A DNA stretch of 37,874 nt from Lentimicrobiaceae bacterium (GTDB lineage: Bacteria; Bacteroidota; Bacteroidia; Bacteroidales; SKPS01), in assembly GCA_007119395.1 (NCBI GenBank), contig SKPS01000251.1:1-37874 (forward strand), read 5' to 3'. The translations under genes and the position numbers were made by a program. Positions 1 to 11,007 of this stretch are shown piece by piece. The notes beneath the pieces are model-generated. The model saw only the letters and a program-made list of their open reading frames with translations. It was not told the DNA's origin and did not search any database. Numbering within the stretch: position 1 is the first letter of the stretch; each line of letters begins with the position of its first letter.

Positions 1-1061
1 TATATATATGGTATAAAGACAACCACCGTGATCTTCCGTGGAGATCCACCACAGATCCTTATCTGATCTGGGTTTCTGAGATTATTATGCACCAAACCCG
101 TATTTCACAAGGACTCGACTATTACCACAGGTTCATTGCAGCATTTCCTGACCTTCTCTCCCTGTCGAAGGCACCGCTACAGGATGTACTGGGTGTATGG
201 CAGGGGCTTGGCTATTATCGCAGAGCGGTTCATATGCACCGTGCTGCCATCATGGTGCAGACAGATATGGGTGGGGTGATGCCTTCCGATTACCAATCTC
301 TGCTCTCACTCCCTGGCATTGGTGATTATACCGCCAGCTTGATCTCTTCGGTTTGTAATGATGAAAAGCGTGCAGCCATTGATGGTAACGTGAACCGCTT
401 TGCTGCCCGATGGCTTGACATGCCAATCCCGCCGCAGGTGGCCGAGGGCAGAAAAATTGTGAGACAGCTTGCGGAAGAGATCATGGGAGAGTATGACCCG
501 GGTGTGATGAACAACGCTTTGATGGAGTTTGGTGCGCTGCAATGTGTGCCACAAAACCCCAACTGCTGTGTATGCCCGCTTACAGGTTGCCTGGCACTGG
601 CCCGAAACAGGGTCAACCTACAGCCTCTCAAAAAGCCCAAACGACCTGTGCCCACACGGCACTTTCACTATCTGGTCTTCCTTTGGCATGACCAACAGAA
701 GGAGTTGCAGTGCTTGATCAGACTAAGAAAGGGAGACGACATATGGGCGTTTCTGCATGATTTCCCATGCATTGAAACCAGCTCTTCTGATGATTTTAAC
801 CCCAACAATACCCAACAGATTGAACAGTGGTGCAGCTCTTCTCAAGGGTATACCCTCTCAGAGTCTGTGAAAAGCTATAAACACCAGCTTACACACCGGC
901 AAATCGATGCCCGCTTCCATGTATGTCATTTGAACAATGCTCCGGAATCATTTGCTGAAGGCCTCATCTCTGTTCCGGTCAAAGAACTGGGGCAGTATGC
1001 AAAACCCAGGCTGATCGATCGCTTTGTGACCGATTATCTCATCGATTTGTGTTTCCATTGA
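1..1061 (+). CDS. mutY: A/G-specific adenine DNA glycosylase MutY, 5'-truncated by the window edge (frame enters at base 3)
   Basis: The frame is open from base 3 and reads YIWYKDNHRDLPWRSTTDPYLIWVSEIIMHQTR, matching the MutY N-terminal LPWR..DPY..W.SE motif, so the ATG at 87 is internal. Also present: HhH-GPD loop LLSLPGIGDYTA, an Fe-S Cys cluster CVPQNPNCCVCPLTGC, and a C-terminal NUDIX-like domain. Confidence 0.9.
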   Translation, partial: YIWYKDNHRDLPWRSTTDPYLIWVSEIIMHQTRISQGLDYYHRFIAAFPDLLSLSKAPLQDVLGVWQGLGYYRRAVHMHRAAIMVQTDMGGVMPSDYQSLLSLPGIGDYTASLISSVCNDEKRAAIDGNVNRFAARWLDMPIPPQVAEGRKIVRQLAEEIMGEYDPGVMNNALMEFGALQCVPQNPNCCVCPLTGCLALARNRVNLQPLKKPKRPVPTRHFHYLVFLWHDQQKELQCLIRLRKGDDIWAFLHDFPCIETSSSDDFNPNNTQQIEQWCSSSQGYTLSESVKSYKHQLTHRQIDARFHVCHLNNAPESFAEGLISVPVKELGQYAKPRLIDRFVTDYLIDLCFH

Positions 1062-1220
1062 TTATTGTATTTTTGCCCTGCCATGCAGCAAGGGTTCGTT
1101 TGCTGCGGCCTCAGCATGCCGTATTAGGCTAAGTTTTTGTTTATGAGCATGATGAGTGATCGTTCCGTGTGGTTTAACAGAACTGCACGTATTGTTTATA
1201 CATTTAATAACCTTGGTGTT

Positions 1221-3095
1221 ATGAAAACAAAAGATGAAAACGAAAGGCTGTTTTCTGAGTTCCCACCGGTCAGCACCGAAGCATGGGAGCAGCAGATTCA
1301 GTCTGATCTGAAGGGTGCTGATTACGATAAGAGGCTTGTTTGGAAGACGGATGATGGTTTGCGTGTAAAGCCCTATTATCGTGAAGAGGATCTGGAGGGA
1401 ATGGAATATCTCTCTTCTGTTCCGGGTGAATATCCGTATGTACGTGGCATGTCGGTGCAGAGTAACGACTGGGAGGTGAGGCAGGAGATCCGTCTTGATG
1501 CCATAGAGCTTGCCAATCGGTTGGCTGTGGAGGCCATTGAGCGTGGTGCTGAAGCTGTTGGTTTCAGGGCGAAGGAGGTGGAAACCATGGAAGACCTGTC
1601 TGATATGCTTCGGTATATCGAACTGGAGAAGACAGCGGTACACTTCACGGCAGCCAGAGAGTACTCATATATAGCCGAGCTGTTCATCCGCATCATGAAG
1701 CTTCGTGGTGCCAACCCTGAGCTGGTGAAAGGTTCCCTTGCATTTGATCCGTTCAGCTACTTTATGCTTTATGGCGATTTTTACAACAGCCTCGACGACA
1801 ACATGAACGAAGCGAGGTATCTGTTGACCACGATGGGTGCCGAACTGCCTGCCTTCAGAATGATACATGTCAGTGGCAACCTTTTCCACAATGCCGGAGC
1901 CAGCGTAGTTCAGGAGCTTGCATACTCACTCGCCTCTGGCAATGAATACCTTTCAAAGCTCTCCGATAAGGGGCTAAGTGTGGAAGAGACAGCATCACGG
2001 ATGCATTTTACCTTTGCATTGGGTTCAAACTACTTCCTGGAGATTGCAAAACTGCGCGCAGCCCGGTTGTTATGGGCCACCATCACAGATGAGTACAAGC
2101 CATCAAACCGGGATGCTGCCACCATGTATATCCATGGAACCACTTCACTCTATAACAAGAGCCTCTACGATCCTTATGTAAACATGCTCCGCGGAACCAC
2201 AGAGACCATGTCAGGTGCCATCGGAGGTGCAAACAGTATCTCTGTAAATCCGTTTGATCAGGTGTTCAGATCACCCGATTCTTTCTCTATGCGTATGGCC
2301 CGTAATACACAGATCATACTGAAAGAGGAGAGTTATTTAAACCGAATTGCTGATCCGGCAGCCGGTTCATACTATATTGAGAAACTAACCGATTCAGTGG
2401 CTTCTGCAGCCTGGGATCTTTTCCGTAAGATTGAGAAGGATGGTGGTTTTCTTGAGGTGGTGAAATCGGGTGCCTTACGTGCCGATATTGAGGCAACGGC
2501 AGCTGAGAAGAGTGAAAAGGTTGCCCGTCGCAGTACGGTAATCCTGGGGACCAATCAGTATCCCAACAGTCAGGAGCAGATGCTGGAACAGTTTAATGCT
2601 GATGCGATCAAGCGTTATCCCGGCCTTACGATGTATCGTGCTGCTGAAACCTGGGAGGGGCTCAGACTGGCCACCGAACGGCATGTAAAGGCTGGCCAGA
2701 CACGTCCGGGTGTTTTCCTTCTGAATATAGGAAATGTTGCGATGCGAAAGGCCCGGGCAGGCTTTGCGTCTAATTTCTTTGGTTGTGCAGGATACGAAAT
2801 CTTTGATAACAACGGGTTTGAAAGTGTTGAAGATGGCGTGGCTGCAGCACAGCAGTCGGGCGCGCAGATTGTGGTTGTGTGCAGCTCCGATGAAGAGTAT
2901 GGAACCATCGGCGCTGACATTGTCACACGCCTGAAAGGCATCGAAAACCCACCACTTGTTGTGATCGCAGGCAACCCCACAGAGGCAGTTGAACAGCTTT
3001 CCAACGCCGGTGTCGATGAGTTTATACATGTAAGAACGCACGCCCTGGCGGCACTGAGGAAGTTTCATCACCTGTTGGGAGTTACATCAGTTTAA
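1221..3095 (+). CDS. mutA: methylmalonyl-CoA mutase small (non-catalytic) subunit
   Basis: Track ORF 1137-3095; I moved the start to ATG 1221 ([16 protein letters not shown]...). MCM-family motifs are present ([36 protein letters not shown]). The C-terminal Rossmann-like domain lacks the DxHxxG cobalamin His loop. It lies 19 nt upstream of the large subunit. Confidence 0.9.
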   Translation: MKTKDENERLFSEFPPVSTEAWEQQIQSDLKGADYDKRLVWKTDDGLRVKPYYREEDLEGMEYLSSVPGEYPYVRGMSVQSNDWEVRQEIRLDAIELANRLAVEAIERGAEAVGFRAKEVETMEDLSDMLRYIELEKTAVHFTAAREYSYIAELFIRIMKLRGANPELVKGSLAFDPFSYFMLYGDFYNSLDDNMNEARYLLTTMGAELPAFRMIHVSGNLFHNAGASVVQELAYSLASGNEYLSKLSDKGLSVEETASRMHFTFALGSNYFLEIAKLRAARLLWATITDEYKPSNRDAATMYIHGTTSLYNKSLYDPYVNMLRGTTETMSGAIGGANSISVNPFDQVFRSPDSFSMRMARNTQIILKEESYLNRIADPAAGSYYIEKLTDSVASAAWDLFRKIEKDGGFLEVVKSGALRADIEATAAEKSEKVARRSTVILGTNQYPNSQEQMLEQFNADAIKRYPGLTMYRAAETWEGLRLATERHVKAGQTRPGVFLLNIGNVAMRKARAGFASNFFGCAGYEIFDNNGFESVEDGVAAAQQSGAQIVVVCSSDEEYGTIGADIVTRLKGIENPPLVVIAGNPTEAVEQLSNAGVDEFIHVRTHALAALRKFHHLLGVTSV

Positions 3096-3114
3096 TCAGA
3101 AAAAGAAGAGATCC

Positions 3115-5265
3115 ATGAGACCAGATTTTCAAAATACAGACTTCAGAAAGGCAGTGTCTGCCATAGATATACGTGAGTGGGAAAAGGCCAACCAGATCAC
3201 CAAAGGTTGGATTACTCCTGAGCAAATTCCAGTGAAGCCGGTGTATACGGCCGAGGACTTGAAAAACATGGAACATCTGCAGTATGCAGCCGGCCTGCCA
3301 CCATTTTTGCGTGGCCCCTATTCAACCATGTATGTGCAGCGACCATGGACCATACGTCAGTATGCTGGGTTCTCCACTGCAGAAGAGTCAAATGCTTTTT
3401 ACCGTCGCAACCTGGCGGCAGGCCAGAAAGGGCTCTCTATTGCCTTTGACCTGGCTACACACAGAGGTTACGACAGCGACCATCCACGTGTGGAAGGTGA
3501 CGTGGGTAAAGCCGGAGTAGCCGTTGACAGTATTCTGGATATGAAAATACTGTTTGACCAAATCCCACTCGACAAAATGTCGGTTTCTATGACCATGAAT
3601 GGAGCCGTTTTGCCGGTGCTTGCATTCTATATCGTAGCAGCCGAGGAGCAGGGAGTGCCCCCGGAAATGTTAACAGGTACCATACAAAACGATATCCTTA
3701 AGGAGTTTATGGTACGTAATACTTATATCTATCCGCCTGAACCCTCGATGCAAATCATTGCTGATATCTTTAAGTATACTTCTGAGCGAATGCCGAAGTT
3801 TAACTCAATCAGCATCAGTGGATATCATATGCAGGAGGCAGGTGCTACGGCTGACATTGAAATGGCCTATACCCTGGCCGACGGGCTGGAGTACCTCCGA
3901 ACCGGCATCAATGCGGGAATGGATATCGATCGGTTTGCACCGAGACTGTCGTTTTTCTGGGCTGCCGGCATGAACCATTTTATGGAGATTGCCAAGATGC
4001 GCGCTGCACGCATGTTATGGGCCAAACTGGTGAAGCAGTTCGATCCGAAAAACCCCAAATCACTGGCTCTTCGTACCCACACACAAACATCAGGGTGGTC
4101 ACTCACTGAGCAGGATCCTTATAACAATGTGGTGCGCACCTGTGTGGAAGCACTGTCTGCCGCCTTGGGGCATACGCAATCGTTACATACCAATGCCCTC
4201 GACGAAGCGATTGCTCTGCCAACCGATTTCTCGGCACGTATTGCCAGAAATACACAGATCTACCTGCAAGAGGAGACCAATATCTGCAAGGCGGTGGATC
4301 CCTGGGCAGGCTCTTATTATGTAGAAGCGCTTACCCATGAGCTGGCACAAAGAGGATGGCAACACATTCAGGAGGTTGAGCAGCTTGGAGGTATGGCCAA
4401 GGCCATTGAAACGGGTATCCCCAAAATGCGTATCGAAGAAGCTGCCGCCAGAAAGCAGGCTCGTATAGATTCCAAGCGCGACACCATTGTGGGTGTGAAC
4501 AAGCACCGACTTGCCAAGGAGGATCCGCTGGAGATCTTGGAAGTTGACAATACAGCTGTAAGGGAAGCACAAATCAACAGGCTGAAGCGGCTGCGTGAAG
4601 AGCGTAACGAAGCGGAGGTTGAATCAGCATTGAATGCGATTACCCAAGCTGCTTCCAGTGGCGATGGCAACCTTCTGGAACTGGCAGTTGATGCAGCCAG
4701 AAAGAGAGCCAGTCTGGGCGAGATCTCAACGGCTTGTGAAAAGGTTTTTGGAAGATACAAGGCGGTGATACGAACCATATCCGGAGTTTATTCATCAGAA
4801 AATGAAGATGACATGCAGTTTGACAAAGCGCGTGAAATGGCAGATACTTTTGCCGGAATGGAAGGGAGAAGGCCGCGTATCATGATTGCCAAGATGGGGC
4901 AGGATGGTCATGACCGGGGTGCTAAAGTGGTGGCTACCGGCTATGCAGACATTGGCTTTGACGTGGACATTGGACCCCTCTTCCAGACACCGGCAGAAGC
5001 TGCACGGCAAGCGGTTGAGAACGACGTGCACATACTCGGTGTCTCAAGCCTTGCTGCAGGCCATAAAACCTTGGTGCCACAAGTGATCGAAGAACTCAAA
5101 AAGCTCGGCCGTGAAGACATTATGGTGATCGTAGGTGGTGTAATCCCACACCAGGATTACGATTTCCTCTACAAAGCCGGAGCCGTGGCAGTATTTGGCC
5201 CCGGAACAGTGATCTCAGATGCCGCCATAAGATTGCTCGAAATCATGATCGAAGCTAGAAAATAG
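3115..5265 (+). CDS. mutB: methylmalonyl-CoA mutase large (catalytic, B12-binding) subunit
   Basis: 716 aa. Motifs include [41 protein letters not shown] and [12 protein letters not shown]. The C-terminal cobalamin domain carries [11 protein letters not shown] (DxHxxG). Confidence 0.95.
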   Translation: MRPDFQNTDFRKAVSAIDIREWEKANQITKGWITPEQIPVKPVYTAEDLKNMEHLQYAAGLPPFLRGPYSTMYVQRPWTIRQYAGFSTAEESNAFYRRNLAAGQKGLSIAFDLATHRGYDSDHPRVEGDVGKAGVAVDSILDMKILFDQIPLDKMSVSMTMNGAVLPVLAFYIVAAEEQGVPPEMLTGTIQNDILKEFMVRNTYIYPPEPSMQIIADIFKYTSERMPKFNSISISGYHMQEAGATADIEMAYTLADGLEYLRTGINAGMDIDRFAPRLSFFWAAGMNHFMEIAKMRAARMLWAKLVKQFDPKNPKSLALRTHTQTSGWSLTEQDPYNNVVRTCVEALSAALGHTQSLHTNALDEAIALPTDFSARIARNTQIYLQEETNICKAVDPWAGSYYVEALTHELAQRGWQHIQEVEQLGGMAKAIETGIPKMRIEEAAARKQARIDSKRDTIVGVNKHRLAKEDPLEILEVDNTAVREAQINRLKRLREERNEAEVESALNAITQAASSGDGNLLELAVDAARKRASLGEISTACEKVFGRYKAVIRTISGVYSSENEDDMQFDKAREMADTFAGMEGRRPRIMIAKMGQDGHDRGAKVVATGYADIGFDVDIGPLFQTPAEAARQAVENDVHILGVSSLAAGHKTLVPQVIEELKKLGREDIMVIVGGVIPHQDYDFLYKAGAVAVFGPGTVISDAAIRLLEIMIEARK

Positions 5266-5276
5266 AACCACACTCT

Positions 5277-7133
5277 GTGTTGAAGCGCATTGAAAATCAA
5301 AAACATCCCATCACTTCCTGGTTGCCGATGTCGTTGGATGAGGCAGCAAAAAGGGGATGGGATGGGTTTGATGTGGTGCTCGTAACGGGCGATGCGTATG
5401 TTGACCACCCCAGTTTTGGCACTGCAGTCATTGGTCGTGTATTGGAAGCGGAAGGGTATCGTGTGGGCATCATCTCGCAACCAAACTGGAGAGATGACCT
5501 GCGAGATTTCCGAAAGCTTGGTACCCCATCCCTCTTTTTTGGTGTTACAGCCGGAAATCTTGATTCGATGGTGAATCACTATACCGCTGCCCGCCGACTG
5601 CGCTCAGATGATGCCTATACAGCTGGAGGTCGTTCAGGATTCAGGCCCGACTATGCTTCTGTGGTGTATGGGAAGATTTTGAAAGAGTTGTTCCCGGATG
5701 TGCCGGTGGTGCTAGGAGGCGTAGAGGCTTCCATGCGCCGCATTGCCCATTACGACTATTGGTCTGATGAGGTTAAACCTTCGGTGCTGCAAGATGCAGA
5801 CGCCGATCTGCTCGTGTACGGAATGGGTGAAGAGGCAATCCGCTCTGTTGCTGAATGGTACAGAGAAACAGGCGGTCAGTGGGGAAAAGAGAGGCTGCAG
5901 CAATGTGCCTTTCTCGCTTCTCAGGAGGAGGTGGATGCCTGGGTGCCTGATCATCAGCAGGTGATACATCTCCCCTCATTCGAAAAGTGCCGCCTCGACA
6001 GGAAAGAATATGCCAGGTCATTCAAGCTGGCAGAAGAAGCTTCCAACAGCAACCTGCATCAATACATTATGCAGAAAACCGGCGACCGGGTGCTTGTGAT
6101 TAATCCGCCGTTGACGCCCCCTGCAACCGAACATCTTGATGAGATCTATGCACTCCCTTATACCCGTTTACCTCATCCCCGCTACAAGAGAAGGGGGGAG
6201 GTGCCCGCCTACAACATGATCAGGCATTCGGTGACCATCCACCGCGGTTGTTTCGGAGGTTGCAGTTTTTGCACCATCAGTATGCACCAGGGGAAACAGA
6301 TCAGCAGCCGGTCAGAAGAGTCAGTAATCAATGAAGTGAAGCAGATCGCTTCAATGGACGACTTCTCGGGGGTGGTTACGGACCTGGGTGGCCCCAGTGC
6401 CAATATGTACAGAATGGGGGGTGTTGACCAGGCGCTTTGCAGGAAGTGCCGAAAGCCATCCTGCATCTGGCCACAGGTGTGTCGTAACCTTTGTTTCGAC
6501 CACAAACCTCTGATCAGCCTCTACCGTAAAGCGCAACAGGTGACTGGCGTTAAAAGAGTGTTCATTGGCAGTGGTATCCGCTACGATCTGTTGGTTGGAC
6601 ATCGGTATGAAACCGATCAGAAGTACCACCTTACTGAATATGTTCGAACCGTTGTGAGAAATCATGTGTCAGGTCGGTTGAAGGTGGCACCTGAACACTC
6701 CGACCCACAGGTTCTCAAGCTGATCAGGAAGCCCCCCTTTGATCAATACCTCGCATTCCGTACAAAATTCCTTCAGGAAAGCCGCCGGGCAGGATTGAAC
6801 CAGCAAATTGTGCCATACCTCATCTCATCGCTGCCCGGTTGTGATACCGGGGCCATGGGCACACTGGTGTGTGACATTGCACAAACAGGCTATCAACCCG
6901 AACAGGTGCAAGAGTTTACTCCTACACCCAATACACTGGCCACTACCATGTACTATACAGGCATCGATCCGGTTGCCGGGAGAAAAGTGCATGTGGTGAG
7001 GGACGAAAACGAACGTAAACTGCACAAGCAGCTACTTTTCTGGTACAAACCGGAGAATAAAAAAAGGATCATCGACACACTAAACAAGCTTGGGAGACGG
7101 GATCTGGTTCAGAAAATTTTCAGCAAGAAATAG
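5277..7133 (+). CDS. ygiQ: YgiQ-family (UPF0313) radical SAM protein
   Basis: 618 aa with a GTG start 11 nt after the mutB stop. The N-terminal signature is LVTGDAYVDHPSFG. The radical-SAM cluster motif is CFGGCSFC (CxxxCxxC). Residues before the first internal Met (SWLPMS) resemble YgiQ N-termini, which supports the upstream start. Confidence 0.88.
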   Translation: MLKRIENQKHPITSWLPMSLDEAAKRGWDGFDVVLVTGDAYVDHPSFGTAVIGRVLEAEGYRVGIISQPNWRDDLRDFRKLGTPSLFFGVTAGNLDSMVNHYTAARRLRSDDAYTAGGRSGFRPDYASVVYGKILKELFPDVPVVLGGVEASMRRIAHYDYWSDEVKPSVLQDADADLLVYGMGEEAIRSVAEWYRETGGQWGKERLQQCAFLASQEEVDAWVPDHQQVIHLPSFEKCRLDRKEYARSFKLAEEASNSNLHQYIMQKTGDRVLVINPPLTPPATEHLDEIYALPYTRLPHPRYKRRGEVPAYNMIRHSVTIHRGCFGGCSFCTISMHQGKQISSRSEESVINEVKQIASMDDFSGVVTDLGGPSANMYRMGGVDQALCRKCRKPSCIWPQVCRNLCFDHKPLISLYRKAQQVTGVKRVFIGSGIRYDLLVGHRYETDQKYHLTEYVRTVVRNHVSGRLKVAPEHSDPQVLKLIRKPPFDQYLAFRTKFLQESRRAGLNQQIVPYLISSLPGCDTGAMGTLVCDIAQTGYQPEQVQEFTPTPNTLATTMYYTGIDPVAGRKVHVVRDENERKLHKQLLFWYKPENKKRIIDTLNKLGRRDLVQKIFSKK

Positions 7134-7157
7134 CAGTTTGGAGGGCTGTGCCGGGGG

Positions 7158-7397
7158 CTATTCGTCTTCGGTTACATGGATAAACAACCCATCACCTGCA
7201 CATGAAGGGCAATATGGCTCTTCGAAATGAAATGTAGTGGAACACACTTTGCAGGTTTCACGTTTTTCTGTTTTACCCGACATGTCCACCTGTGGAGCAA
7301 TCCAATGGGTGAAAGGGATAAACAGCTCAATAAACGAAGGCAGCAACCTGATCGGAGCCTGGTTTGATGCTGTCAATAAATTGAAATTAGATTTCAT
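7158..7397 (-). CDS. hypothetical small protein with a C-terminal CxxC...CxxC zinc-ribbon-like motif
   Basis: 79-aa ORF co-directional with and downstream of rsmA. It contains CKVCSTTFHFEEPYCPSC. A TAnnTTTG box lies 60 nt upstream. No family recognised. Confidence 0.35.
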   Translation of the reverse strand: MKSNFNLLTASNQAPIRLLPSFIELFIPFTHWIAPQVDMSGKTEKRETCKVCSTTFHFEEPYCPSCAGDGLFIHVTEDE

Positions 7398-7457
7398 AAC
7401 GAGCTGATGTGTTTTTGGTGTTTAACGTTTCCGAAGCGGATAGGGTTACACCACGGA

Positions 7458-7465
7458 CAAAAATA
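7458..7465 (-). promoter_or_regulatory. candidate Bacteroidota -7 promoter box (TATTTTTG on the minus strand)
   Basis: The + strand reads caaaaata, which is TAnnTTTG on the minus strand. It sits in the rsmA / small-ORF intergenic gap, 60 nt upstream of ATG 7397. Confidence 0.3.
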
Positions 7466-7504
7466 GAAAAAAAACGGATTCAACAAATATTTGTAAAAAA
7501 ATTA

Positions 7505-8281
7505 TTAACAACAGGTATGTTTTTTTATTGCTTTATACAAAGTAAAGAAATCATTCACGGAGAGTTGTTCTGCTCTTTGTGTTTCGAAAGGGATAGAAAT
7601 CTTTGATCCGAAGCCTGCTTGCAGGGCATTTCGGAGCATTTTTCGTCGTTGGTTAAAAGCGGTCTTTACCACGCGTACATAGAGTTTGGTGTCTTCAATG
7701 GTATGATATTCAGTTTTTTTAGTTAAAAGTAATACAGCGGATTGTACTTTTGGGGGGGGAGAGAAAGCTTTCTCACTCACTGTGAAAAGAAGCTTTACAT
7801 CGTACCACGTTTGTATCAGTACCGAAAGAATGCCGTACTGTTTATTGCCATGGTTAGCGGCAATACGTTGTGCCACTTCTTTTTGAAACATGCCGCACAG
7901 CAGTTCAATGTCTTGGTAGTTTTCAACAATGCGGAACAGAATCTGTGACGAGATATTGTAAGGGAAGTTTCCAACGATTCCGTAGGGTTCGGAGAAAAGG
8001 GATGGCAGGTTGGCCTGCAGAAAATCGGCTTCCATCAGTTGGTGATGTTCCAGTTCTGTAAGGTTTTCTTTGAGCCAGGTCACCGATTCATGATCTATTT
8101 CGATCACTTTGAGGGTGTTATTTCGTTTCAGAAGAAACTGTGTGAGCATGCCTGTTCCCGGCCCGATTTCGAGCAAGGGTATGTGGTTATCGGGAATGGA
8201 GTTGGCGATTCGTTGTGCAATATTTTGGTCGTGCAAAAAGTGTTGCCCGAGGTGTTTTTTCGCCTTTACGTAATGTGTCAT
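7505..8281 (-). CDS. rsmA: 16S rRNA (adenine1518/1519-N6)-dimethyltransferase RsmA/KsgA
   Basis: 258 aa. The N-terminus KKHLGQHFLHD and the SAM-binding loop LLEIGPGTGMLT are present. Its ATG directly abuts the TAA of the upstream TPR gene. Confidence 0.95.
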   Translation of the reverse strand: MTHYVKAKKHLGQHFLHDQNIAQRIANSIPDNHIPLLEIGPGTGMLTQFLLKRNNTLKVIEIDHESVTWLKENLTELEHHQLMEADFLQANLPSLFSEPYGIVGNFPYNISSQILFRIVENYQDIELLCGMFQKEVAQRIAANHGNKQYGILSVLIQTWYDVKLLFTVSEKAFSPPPKVQSAVLLLTKKTEYHTIEDTKLYVRVVKTAFNQRRKMLRNALQAGFGSKISIPFETQRAEQLSVNDFFTLYKAIKKHTCC

Positions 8282-10120
8282 TTAGTTGATTGTTAAGCTA
8301 CGCAGCTCCCTGAATCGTCTGCGGGCCTCTTCAATAAACACGCTGCCGGGATGTTTGTTGATGAACTCTTTATAGAGTTCCAGCGCCCGTTCGGGCTGAT
8401 TCAGGTGGTAGTCGTGGATTCGAGCCCTCAGCAGCAGAGCATTGTCGGCCAGGATATCGTGGCTGTGGAACTGCAACAGCACATCGAGCAGTGAGTCAGC
8501 TTTTTCAAAGCGTTGTTGGGAGACCATGATTTCAGCCTTTTTCAGCAAGACTTCATCCTGAATGTTGTGATAGGGGTATAGTTGACTCAGCGAGTCAAGT
8601 ATTTCCAAAGCCAGATCTGGTCTTTTCCTGAACACATAGAGATCGGCACGGGCATACATTGCCAGAGGCACGATGTTTTCGTCATTATCCAGGTTATCGG
8701 ATATCAGCAGAGAGAGTTCCATGGCATCGTTGGCGATCAGTTTTGATGTGGCAGCACGCAACACGTCAAGCTGGTTCTTTGCCCATTCAAATTCACCGAT
8801 GTAGAATGACAGCTTTGCATTTCTGAGCTTGGCGTCAAAGCCTACCGGGTCATACTTAAAAGCTCTTTCTACCTGACTGTAGAGCAGTGAGGCTTCCCAC
8901 ACTTCACCGGTCATCAGGTAGATATCCGCCAGATCAACCTTGCACTGTGCTTCAACCGTCGGGCTCACGTTGGGGATTTGGATTGCTTCTTCCAGGAGGT
9001 CGGTTGCTTTTTCATGGTCTTCGAGATAGAATGCAAGCAAATGGGCATAGTTCCGCATCAGGGTGATGGTTGTTGCCCTGCGTCCGGCCTCTTCAATAAC
9101 CCGTGCATACTCTTTGGCAAGTTGTTGTATCTCTTCCCGGTCGTCCACACCACGGTGTTTCATCCTCGAGAAACGAGCCTCCAGCATAAGCATCTCGGCA
9201 CGGTGGTATAGAAAATGCTGCGGCCCCTTCCGTTTCACATGCCTGAAAGCTTCAATCGCTACATCGTAATAACTGTTCGAGGCAGCCAGCTCGCCAATCT
9301 GTAAAACACCCTCACCCTCGTCACGTGTGCGCCGCTCCATTGCCATAGCCTGCGTTAACGCCAGCTCAAACTCTTTTTGCTGGATGGTATACCATAATAA
9401 TAGCTCACCGTAAATGATCATGTTGGGATTGCGCTGTGCCCTCTCCAATATCTTGGTTCGAATGATCCGGTTGAAGTTTTCATCGTTGAAAGTGTTCATC
9501 AGATGCTGCAATGTGTTTTGTACCACATTGACTCGGTTCTCATCAACTGCAATCAGGTCCAGGTATTCATCCATCATGGAGGCGTAGTCACGCATCGACT
9601 GGTATACATTGGCGAGCTCCAGATGAAAGCCGTAGCCATCGGGTACTACCTTCCGCCCTTCCTGATAGGCTCTCATGGCGTATTCCGGTAAGCGCCTGAT
9701 AAGAAAAGCATTGGCAAGATCAGTGACACCCAACCTTGTGGGCTCAAGCCTGTTCAGTGCTCGTTCAAACTCCCGCTCGGCACGCCTTCGCTCACCCTGC
9801 TGCATGTAAATATACCCCAACTCTACCGTGAAGTTACGCCGAAGCTGACGGGTAGGAGATAACCCCCGAACCAATCGCTCCGCCGCACGGTATTGCTTCG
9901 ACTCCAGCAGTGAATTTAAGTAATAGTTGTAGTAAAAGGTGTTGGGCGTCTCCCTGAATAGCTCACCATACAGCTCCGCTGCCTTTTCAAACTCACCGGA
10001 GTTGAAATACTGCAATGCCAGTTGCTCTGTGGTGTTGTCCTGTGACAACACCGGCATCCATGCATTGAATACAAATGCCAGCGTTATGAAAACCTTGAGT
10101 ATGGTGAATGTGCTTTTCAC
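8282..10120 (-). CDS. exported tetratricopeptide-repeat (TPR) protein
   Basis: 612 aa. The N-terminus is signal-peptide-like (MKSTFTILKVFITLAFVFNAWMPVLSQ). TPR-like helical pairs recur throughout (GEFEKAAELYGELF, YDVAIEAFRHV, QPERALELYKEFI). Confidence 0.8.
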   Translation of the reverse strand: MKSTFTILKVFITLAFVFNAWMPVLSQDNTTEQLALQYFNSGEFEKAAELYGELFRETPNTFYYNYYLNSLLESKQYRAAERLVRGLSPTRQLRRNFTVELGYIYMQQGERRRAEREFERALNRLEPTRLGVTDLANAFLIRRLPEYAMRAYQEGRKVVPDGYGFHLELANVYQSMRDYASMMDEYLDLIAVDENRVNVVQNTLQHLMNTFNDENFNRIIRTKILERAQRNPNMIIYGELLLWYTIQQKEFELALTQAMAMERRTRDEGEGVLQIGELAASNSYYDVAIEAFRHVKRKGPQHFLYHRAEMLMLEARFSRMKHRGVDDREEIQQLAKEYARVIEEAGRRATTITLMRNYAHLLAFYLEDHEKATDLLEEAIQIPNVSPTVEAQCKVDLADIYLMTGEVWEASLLYSQVERAFKYDPVGFDAKLRNAKLSFYIGEFEWAKNQLDVLRAATSKLIANDAMELSLLISDNLDNDENIVPLAMYARADLYVFRKRPDLALEILDSLSQLYPYHNIQDEVLLKKAEIMVSQQRFEKADSLLDVLLQFHSHDILADNALLLRARIHDYHLNQPERALELYKEFINKHPGSVFIEEARRRFRELRSLTIN

Positions 10121-10127
10121 AACCGAA

Positions 10128-10745
10128 TCACTTTTCTGATACCTTGGCTTTGGGACCTAATGCCCGATAGTATTGTAAGGCTTCGTCAGCATATTGATGC
10201 AAACTGTCTAACGTACGATGGATCTTGATCAACTCAGGGGTGAAGTGTACCACCTCCTGATGCGTCTCGGAAATATACATGGTCTCTGACATCACGTAAT
10301 GCTCCACAGAATCTTTGGGAATATGACTCCTTCGAATAGATTGGCGCAAAGCGTTCAGTTGATCGCCATTGCGTTCATGCCTCTCCAATAAACGGTAATG
10401 ACGCGTTAATAGTTTCCTGAGGCTTCGGTCGTTGGCAGAGTAGAGTGTAATAAACTCCCATTTACCTCCATCCCTTACCATCTCCTCGCTTTCGACCTCT
10501 TCAATCGCCTCAGAGATGTCACCCCACTTGCCGGCAAATATTTCCCTTGAACTTTTGGCTCCTACAGTATCCACTTGCATAAGGATTGCATTTGTCTCCT
10601 GATGAATGGCAAGCAGACTGTCGATCTGCTTGATTTCATCTGCAAATTCATTGTTTTGGCATGCTCCTGTCAGGAAGAGTAACCCGAGGGCAAAAGCCAG
10701 AGAGAAATATCCGATTCCTTTTAACATGATTACGCGTTTCTTCAC
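10128..10745 (-). CDS. hypothetical lipoprotein
   Basis: 205 aa. An N-terminal hydrophobic segment ends in LTGAC (lipobox-like Cys). It lies 7 nt upstream of the TPR gene. No family recognised. Confidence 0.6.
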   Translation of the reverse strand: MKKRVIMLKGIGYFSLAFALGLLFLTGACQNNEFADEIKQIDSLLAIHQETNAILMQVDTVGAKSSREIFAGKWGDISEAIEEVESEEMVRDGGKWEFITLYSANDRSLRKLLTRHYRLLERHERNGDQLNALRQSIRRSHIPKDSVEHYVMSETMYISETHQEVVHFTPELIKIHRTLDSLHQYADEALQYYRALGPKAKVSEK

Positions 10746-11007
10746 AGTGTTTCTGTTTTCGTTATCACTTATTTACATTCAATTTCACGGCGGGCACACG
10801 CCCCACGTGCAGTACAACAGAAGTATGCTGTTTCCGGTACAACATTAGCAAGGCCGATGGGTGCCGGGTATGTTACCGTGAAAACGCATCTTTTGTTCCC
10901 GTATTGCTGTGCCGGCTTGATTCTGACGGCAAAGATACAGAAAAAGGGTGGATATTGGCTTCTTAAGGTGAGCCGGGTAACATTGGACCAACGGTTTATG
11001 ATCAGGG

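Noticed and set aside
1062-1220. A possible adenosylcobalamin riboswitch or terminator upstream of the B12-dependent mutase genes, including the hairpin gcagcaa-N8-ttgctgc at 1085-1106
   Set aside because: The region is only about 160 nt, and I could not find a B12-box-like element. The 7-bp hairpin is not followed by a U-tract. A cmscan against Rfam RF00174 would settle it.
1062-1643. 193-aa minus-strand ORF spanning the mutY-mutA gap and the mutA 5' end; the similar ORF at 2475-3071 falls in the same category
   Set aside because: It is antisense to the strongly supported mutA CDS and has no recognisable motifs.
7483-7494. A perfect 12-bp palindrome, acaaatatttgt, just past the rsmA stop
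   Set aside because: It is short, AT-rich and sits in an A/T-rich spacer. Chance occurrence is plausible, and it has no partner site or recognised operator consensus.
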